In this document: piece by piece, positions 24,541 to 30,060 of the stretch
Position numbering within the stretch: the stretch's first letter is position 1
How the letters are laid out: each line of letters opens with the position of its first letter
From: a virus
Taxonomy: Duplodnaviria > Caudoviricetes
Length of the DNA stretch: 30,060 nt
Direction: 5' to 3' (one strand)
Virus record (IMG/VR): IMGVR_UViG_3300037506_000112
Span: 1-30,060 of that record
Made by a program: the position numbers and the translations under genes
The notes under the pieces: model-generated
The model's input: only the letters and a program-made list of their open reading frames with translations
What the model was told of the DNA's origin: nothing
Databases searched by the model: none

Positions 24541-26622
24541 TTAGTTCCTTTCCGGTTCTGGCAGGCAGTCCTCTGCCATGAAATCCCGCACGCGACGGAC
24601 GGATAGGTAGTGGGTGATGAGCGAGTTGGCGTCACCTTTGGTAAGTTCTTTCGGGAGCTTGCGAGCGCCGAGCGATTTGAGGTACTGGCGCTGGCCGTCG
24701 CTCGCCAGTTCACCGCGCCAGTTGGCAGTTTTGTCGGCACCACGCCCGCCGCGCATCCGGGCTTCGCTATCGGCCTCGGTCATGAGCGATGCCAGATCGC
24801 CGTTCGAACGCAGATACTCCACTGGCGGCTGAAGATGCGCAGGCAGGTTACGTTTGGTGATCGGATCTTTTTGCGCTGGCGGAACGTAGTACAGGCTGTA
24901 CTGTTCGATGTGGCGCAGCTCCCGCTCGAGCTGGCTCATCTGCCAGAGCAGCGTGTCTTTCAGTTCGGGATCGCCCCTGTCCGCTTCGACCAGCGCGCGG
25001 AGCATCGCCCCGCCGCTTTGCAACCGTTCACGCAGCCGGTCACCGTTGCCGGCGTAGCTGGGTGGTGCGATGACCAGGGACCCGGCGTAGCCGATACTGC
25101 ACGAGAACCAACCACTCTCGTCTGGATACCAGGCGGCACCGAGATTGTGGAACAGATCCGCCACCTCCGCGATCAGGCCGTCGCCGCGACCTTTGAAGTC
25201 CGCAGGGGCGATAATCCTGGGGATGATGTAGCCGCAGTAGGGGCAGACCTTTGCAGCGCGGGGGATCTCCTGTCCGCATTTGGGGCATGGCTTTGTATTG
25301 ACCGATCCCGTCTCCGCTTCCGCGCCACACTTTGGGCAGTGCTTCAACCCCTTCCAGAACTGCGCACGGCAATCGGCATTGGCACAATCCACCATTTGCC
25401 CTAGAACCGTGCCCACGTCGAGCACCTTGGTATCGACCACCGTCAGATCGATGATCCGGCAGTCAGCCTTGCCAGGAAACTGGCGCAGCCCGCGTCCGAT
25501 GATCTGGGTAAATAGCGTCTCGGATCGGGTGGGGCGGGCCATCAGGATCGCGCCGGTCTGGGGCGCATCGAAGCCTTCGGTCAGTACGCCCATGTTGGAG
25601 ACCACCCGCACGTCGCCGCGCTGGTAGCGCCGCAGCATATCGGCCCGTTCGTCCTTGGGCGTGTTGGCGTCGATATGCTCGGCGGGTATTCCTGACTCGC
25701 GTAGCCGGCGCACGAACTCACGGGACATCTCGACCTTGGGGAAGAAGGCCAAGGTTTGGCGATCATCGGCGTAGTCTGTGTATGCCTCAATCGCGAGTGC
25801 GATCCAGTTCGAGGCGTCGAGCACCGAAATGAGCTGCTTCTGGTCGTAGTCGCCCTTACTGGTCTTGACTGCGTTTACATCCACACCGGTCTTGATCTTG
25901 ATCCGTGTCGCCGGGGCCAGATACCCGCCCTTGATGCCGTCGAGAATCGTCCACGAGAAACAGATCTTGGTGAACACCACCCCCAGACCCTTCTTATCCG
26001 TGCGCTTAGGGGTAGCTGTGAAGCCGCACACTTTTACATCGGGGTTCGCTGCCCGGAGCGTTTTCAGGATGTCATGATAGGTGTTATCGGGCGCGACGTG
26101 ATGGCCCTCGTCGATGATCACCACGTCGAATGGGCCTTCGGTGAGCACCCGTTCCAGGCGCTTGCGGTGCAGACTCTGCCGCGTCGCGATGACAATCCGG
26201 GCATCCGGCGAATCGTTCGTGCCCATGACCACGCCGATGCCGGGCAAGAAGCGTGGGCCGTAATAGGGTCGGAGGATCTCGCCGTATTGGTTGGAGACCC
26301 GCTCCGCGATCTGGTGGATGATTTCCTGCGTGTGTGCGAAGACCAGCGCCCGCTGAAAGTCGGGATTGACCGTTTGCACCAGCAGGTCACTGAATATGGT
26401 CGTTTTTCCGCCGCCAGTTGCCAGCCAGGCCAGCGGGATATCCCCGCGCGCCCAGGCAGCGATGATTGCCTGATTGCAATCCACCTGGTAGGGCCGCAGA
26501 ACTTGTGCTGTACTTGATCGGATAGGTAACGTTACTTCCATCGATGGGCTTGTTCTTTCTGTCACAGGTGATTCAAGAACTTCAGTTTGTCTAGAAGATC
26601 TACTAGGCGATTTGAAGTTCAT
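24541..26622 (-). CDS. SF2 DEAD/DEAH-like helicase (ResIII/RadD/Irc3-like) with double zinc ribbon
   Basis: LRPYQ, ATGGGKT, IIDEGHH, TATPKRTD, VLTEGFDAP, RPTRS…QIIGRGLR, then four Cys pairs. The true start may be the later Met (MEVTLP) because the first ~27 codons overlap a palindrome. Confidence 0.92.
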   Translation of the reverse strand: MNFKSPSRSSRQTEVLESPVTERTSPSMEVTLPIRSSTAQVLRPYQVDCNQAIIAAWARGDIPLAWLATGGGKTTIFSDLLVQTVNPDFQRALVFAHTQEIIHQIAERVSNQYGEILRPYYGPRFLPGIGVVMGTNDSPDARIVIATRQSLHRKRLERVLTEGPFDVVIIDEGHHVAPDNTYHDILKTLRAANPDVKVCGFTATPKRTDKKGLGVVFTKICFSWTILDGIKGGYLAPATRIKIKTGVDVNAVKTSKGDYDQKQLISVLDASNWIALAIEAYTDYADDRQTLAFFPKVEMSREFVRRLRESGIPAEHIDANTPKDERADMLRRYQRGDVRVVSNMGVLTEGFDAPQTGAILMARPTRSETLFTQIIGRGLRQFPGKADCRIIDLTVVDTKVLDVGTVLGQMVDCANADCRAQFWKGLKHCPKCGAEAETGSVNTKPCPKCGQEIPRAAKVCPYCGYIIPRIIAPADFKGRGDGLIAEVADLFHNLGAAWYPDESGWFSCSIGYAGSLVIAPPSYAGNGDRLRERLQSGGAMLRALVEADRGDPELKDTLLWQMSQLERELRHIEQYSLYYVPPAQKDPITKRNLPAHLQPPVEYLRSNGDLASLMTEADSEARMRGGRGADKTANWRGELASDGQRQYLKSLGARKLPKELTKGDANSLITHYLSVRRVRDFMAEDCLPEPERN

Positions 26623-26630
26623 GAATCACC
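26567..26630. repeat. 64-bp imperfect palindrome (candidate origin/priming hairpin)
   Basis: Left arm ggtgattcaagaacttcagtttgtctagaaga versus the reverse complement of the right arm ggtgattcatgaacttcaaatcgcctagtaga gives 26/32 identity with no spacer. Confidence 0.8.
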
Positions 26631-29600
26631 CCCACGAATTATTTGAAATGCGCGAGTGAACGTGCCTATGCTGATTTGCGAAAAGGCTTTGTGTGCCGCA
26701 CGAACAGACAAATTAAGACGCTCTGGATGTGCAGGTTCGGTGAGCCAGTCAATCGCCTTCTGAATCGCCGATTTCTCCAGCATGGGATCAGGTTCCAGGC
26801 GGCCTTCAGCCTCCAAGGCGGCCTTGACTCGTAGATAGGATTCCTGCGCGCGTTGGTAGTTGGTTTCTTGTGGGAGCACCGCTTCGATGTATCTGGCTTG
26901 AATTGTTCCTTTTTTGCCGGCTGCGATCTGTGCTTCGTACCATGCCCGGCCAGCCTGGTCGGTATCCCACTGTGACCAGTGGAGCACCTCATCCACGTGA
27001 TCGGAGCAGGGCATCTGGGCCGCGATGTAGACAAACTTGGGCTGAAGCGCACCGGTGGATTTCAGGATCTCTGGGGCATTGGCTCGGATACGCTCGTAGC
27101 ACTGGCGCATCTCGGCCTGGATGTTCCACACGTACATGCGGTTCAGACGTTCGTCGCGGTAGCCTGGATAGCCGTAGGCGCGGGCTTTTCCATCCGGACC
27201 GACATACCCAGGGTAGGGTTCAGTTTTCAGGCTTGAGGTATCCAGATCGAATTCAATCGGCAGCGCGTCGTCCCAGTGCCAGATCTGCGCTGCTACGAAT
27301 GTCTCCATTGGCGGGATTCTAGGTTCCCCAATGAGCAGACAGGCTTCCAGGTGCTTGAAGTCATTGCGGCCCCGGAGATTGCCGTAATACTGGATGTAAT
27401 CAGGGTTGATCACGCTGGTCTTGACGGCCCATTTTTTGAGGTCGTTGTAGATCGCCATGTACGTCACGACCAGGAGCGAACGGTCATGGCGCTCGGCGAG
27501 ATGCTTTATTTGCTGTTTGGCGCGGGCCAGCGCTGCACCATCGGGCGACAGGTCTTCGAGCGCGTGCTGATTGCCTTCAATATCCGTAATCTCAAGCGCA
27601 GCAAGCTGGCTTTGGGAAGCCTTCTTTTTCTGGTAGAAGAACGTCCGGCGGGAGTTACCTGAATTCGTCCACTGCGTAATCCGGGCGTGAGGCTGAAGCC
27701 TGGATTCATAGATATATCCTTCGCGTGCCTTGCCGGTGCGGGTGTCGCCGAAGGCTTTGTTGTAGAGTTCCGGCTGTCCGGTGGCATCGGTGACGACCAC
27801 TTTGGTGTTCTGCTCGAACTGGAACGCACGCATCGGGTAGATACGCAGCGTCTGGCCGTAGGGGATTAACCGCGAATTCCAGCGCTTGTGATCGGCAAGA
27901 TAGTGCGTTTCGTACTCATAGCGCACGATGTCCCACAGGTCATACAGATAGTTGTAGGGCAGCGCCGCCACGTCTTCCAGGGTCAGCCGGAAGAATCCGG
28001 GCTGCCCGGCGCGCTGCACCGGCTTGGCATCGAGCGCGGCCAAGCGGGAAAGCACGTCGCCGCCAAGTTCCATGTCCAGCCGATCAAATAGCCAGCGCCC
28101 GCCGAGTCTGACATGTTCCTGTGTGGCGTAGCCGTTCACGGGGGTGTTCGCGGCGATAATCCTGCGCAGTGCCTCCAACAACTGGCTAAGCAGCGCGACC
28201 AGTTCAGGATACTGATCGGCGAGCGCCACCGGCGGCGCGAAGGTGAGATCCTTCACGGCAAGCTGTAGCATTCCTGCTACAACATCGAGGGGGCTTTCGT
28301 CGAAGATGATTAATCTCCGGTAACCGACGAGTAAATCAATCACGCCATGCTGGTGGCGGGCGATCACAATGTCTTTCTTTTGGGCGCGCTTGAACTGGTG
28401 CAGATACCAGGATTCTTCGCACTGGGGTTGCAAGGGGCAGCGCTTGCACACCATCTGCACTGCGTTGTGCCCCTTGGCGGCCACCGCATCGGCGATGGTT
28501 TGCATGGCACAGTATCCGGCGCTGTTCTGGTCGTTATTGCGCGCGACGATATACATGGCGCGGCTCGTATCGGCGATGCCGAAGTCCTGCAACCACTGCC
28601 GCCAGGCGGTCTCCTGAATCGTGAACTGGGTGAGGATCGCCACTTTGCCGCGCCGGGGACGATCACTGCCCACCGCACTCCTGCGCAGGGCATATTCATA
28701 GGCCACCTGGATCGCCGCGTGTGTCTTACCCGCGCCGGGCGGGGTGCGCACCAGCATGTAGGTGCCCAGCCCTTTAGGTGTCTTCGCCTCGACATACTCT
28801 CGAATATGCTTGAGCTGCGCAGCCCGGACTTCGGGCAAGCTAGGTGCAGCACTTTCTCCATCGTGGGGAGAAGGTGCGTCAGCAAGCATGGTTCTGTCTC
28901 GCAGCGCTTCCTGTGCCTCAAGCGCGGCGCGCGCAAAGCCGTCGGGGGTGAGCTGGATCAGCCAGGTGCCGGTGATGGTGCGTTCTGGGTCTTCGGCGAC
29001 TCGCGTATATGCCCAGCGCACCATGCGGGTCAATTCGTCGTCGGCCCGGTGCGGCTCAGAGCCAAACCACTGCCGGGCGATGGGCCGCACGCGTTCCAGG
29101 AACATGTCGTCCGGCATTCCAGCGCGCGCCGCCTGCATGGCAAGGCGGAGCAGCGTGGGGTGACGTTCGGGCGGACTCCCGTCCCGCTCGACCAGGTAGT
29201 GAATGAATTCTTGCCCGACCTGGTAGGTGCCCGACTCGTTGGGAACGATCTGGAGCGGCGCAAAGAGCCTGATCCGTTCGCCTGCGTGGTGTTCTGGGAG
29301 CGGCGCATATTGCTTGATCTGCGCGACGGTATATCGGGCATCGGGGTTGAAGTACACAAGCCTTGCCATCGCGCCGCCGCGTTCGGGCTTACGGTTAATG
29401 AATCCTGGCAAGCGCATTTCGCGCGCCGCTTCATTGACACTCTTGTCCAGGGCCAGCCCGGCACGTTCAAAGGTGGCCCGGTAGAGCGCCAGGCTGTACT
29501 CCCGATATTCGAGCGCCGCTTCCCGGTTGATCACGGGCCAGGGTTCGCTCAATACATGCACTGGTTGAAGCCCCCCGCCTGAAAACACAACAGCGGTAGG

Positions 29601-30060
29601 GGCCAGCGGCATCGAAAGCAGCAAGTCCAGCCCGCGCTCCAGGTCATAGCTGCGCTTGGCTACATCGAGATCTGCCCAAAATGCGGAGACAAGTAACAGG
29701 TCATCATGCCCGCCGCGTGCAGCGTACCGGTTGAGCACACTTACCTTCCGGCTCGCGCCGTTGTAATAGACACTGCCTGCCCCGGCAAGTGGGTAACTGC
29801 GCATGTTCTGCTGGCGCGCCCAGGGGAGGAGTCCTGCGCAGTCGGCGCTTTCTGATCGGATCTGGTCGAGCCAGCGCCAGCTCGATGTCTGGGTCATGCG
29901 CCAGATGCCCTCTTTCTGATAACACGTCTGGGCGGCTAACCCGACGAGCTGATCTCCTGGCAGCGCAGACCACAACGTTTGGAGAAACGCCCCCGGCTGC
30001 GCCGATTCAGGCAGGTCGACACCGTGCAGGTCGGCCAGGCGTTCGGCTTGCACCGCATAG
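26619..30060 (-). CDS. RepB-like AEP primase fused to an SF2-like helicase/origin-binding domain (5'-truncated by window edge)
   Basis: Frame stays open past 30053 to the edge. AEP motifs FWADLD, PTAVVFSGGGLQ, MRLPGFINRK. PriCT-like ERHPTLLRLA. Walker A TPPGAGKT, Walker B IIFDES, motif III TDATG, YGNLRGRNDF, QCYERIR. Possible C-terminal HTH. Confidence 0.8.
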   Translation of the reverse strand, partial: YAVQAERLADLHGVDLPESAQPGAFLQTLWSALPGDQLVGLAAQTCYQKEGIWRMTQTSSWRWLDQIRSESADCAGLLPWARQQNMRSYPLAGAGSVYYNGASRKVSVLNRYAARGGHDDLLLVSAFWADLDVAKRSYDLERGLDLLLSMPLAPTAVVFSGGGLQPVHVLSEPWPVINREAALEYREYSLALYRATFERAGLALDKSVNEAAREMRLPGFINRKPERGGAMARLVYFNPDARYTVAQIKQYAPLPEHHAGERIRLFAPLQIVPNESGTYQVGQEFIHYLVERDGSPPERHPTLLRLAMQAARAGMPDDMFLERVRPIARQWFGSEPHRADDELTRMVRWAYTRVAEDPERTITGTWLIQLTPDGFARAALEAQEALRDRTMLADAPSPHDGESAAPSLPEVRAAQLKHIREYVEAKTPKGLGTYMLVRTPPGAGKTHAAIQVAYEYALRRSAVGSDRPRRGKVAILTQFTIQETAWRQWLQDFGIADTSRAMYIVARNNDQNSAGYCAMQTIADAVAAKGHNAVQMVCKRCPLQPQCEESWYLHQFKRAQKKDIVIARHQHGVIDLLVGYRRLIIFDESPLDVVAGMLQLAVKDLTFAPPVALADQYPELVALLSQLLEALRRIIAANTPVNGYATQEHVRLGGRWLFDRLDMELGGDVLSRLAALDAKPVQRAGQPGFFRLTLEDVAALPYNYLYDLWDIVRYEYETHYLADHKRWNSRLIPYGQTLRIYPMRAFQFEQNTKVVVTDATGQPELYNKAFGDTRTGKAREGYIYESRLQPHARITQWTNSGNSRRTFFYQKKKASQSQLAALEITDIEGNQHALEDLSPDGAALARAKQQIKHLAERHDRSLLVVTYMAIYNDLKKWAVKTSVINPDYIQYYGNLRGRNDFKHLEACLLIGEPRIPPMETFVAAQIWHWDDALPIEFDLDTSSLKTEPYPGYVGPDGKARAYGYPGYRDERLNRMYVWNIQAEMRQCYERIRANAPEILKSTGALQPKFVYIAAQMPCSDHVDEVLHWSQWDTDQAGRAWYEAQIAAGKKGTIQARYIEAVLPQETNYQRAQESYLRVKAALEAEGRLEPDPMLEKSAIQKAIDWLTEPAHPERLNLSVRAAHKAFSQISIGTFTRAFQIIRGGDS

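Larger units (their letters stand above)
1..30060 (-). mobile_element. Siphovirus-like phage/prophage, possibly a phage-plasmid
   Basis: Complete head-to-tail gene order, phage replication genes, ParM/ParR-like pair, no host housekeeping genes. Boundaries lie outside the window. Confidence 0.93.

Noticed and set aside
28347-29582. 411-aa plus-strand ORF
   Set aside because: Antisense to the motif-bearing primase-helicase and has no recognisable motifs. Long antisense ORFs are expected at this GC content.
1-30060. CRISPR array, tRNA, integrase/att site, diversity-generating retroelement
   Set aside because: No regularly spaced repeats, cloverleaf, recombinase or reverse transcriptase motifs were recognised by eye. 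They could lie outside the window.

Overview
The window is a contiguous, GC-rich segment of a tailed (siphovirus-like) phage or prophage. All credible genes lie on the minus strand, and both ends cut through a gene. In transcription order (right to left) it holds five blocks. (1) Replication: a RepB-like AEP primase fused to an SF2-type helicase, a second SF2 helicase with zinc ribbons, a family A DNA polymerase, a Zn-finger protein, a HIRAN protein and a HAD phosphatase. (2) A HerA/FtsK-type ATPase with tandem winged-helix repeats. (3) An actin-like ParM plus ParR-like pair with an 11-bp-period repeat upstream, suggesting a plasmid-like prophage state. (4) Small hypotheticals, a LexA-like wHTH regulator and two membrane/secreted proteins. 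(5) Morphogenesis: TerS, TerL, portal, capsid, decoration proteins, connector, tail proteins, a -1 frameshifted tail chaperone and a tape measure gene running off the left edge. Most notable are a portal + 2H-phosphoesterase + MuF-like fusion, a ChaB + protease + scaffold + major capsid fusion with an internal start, the parMRC-like cassette, and a 64-bp imperfect palindrome at the primase/helicase junction. No integrase, endolysin, tRNA or CRISPR array was recognised. All calls come from motif reading by eye, not database searches.
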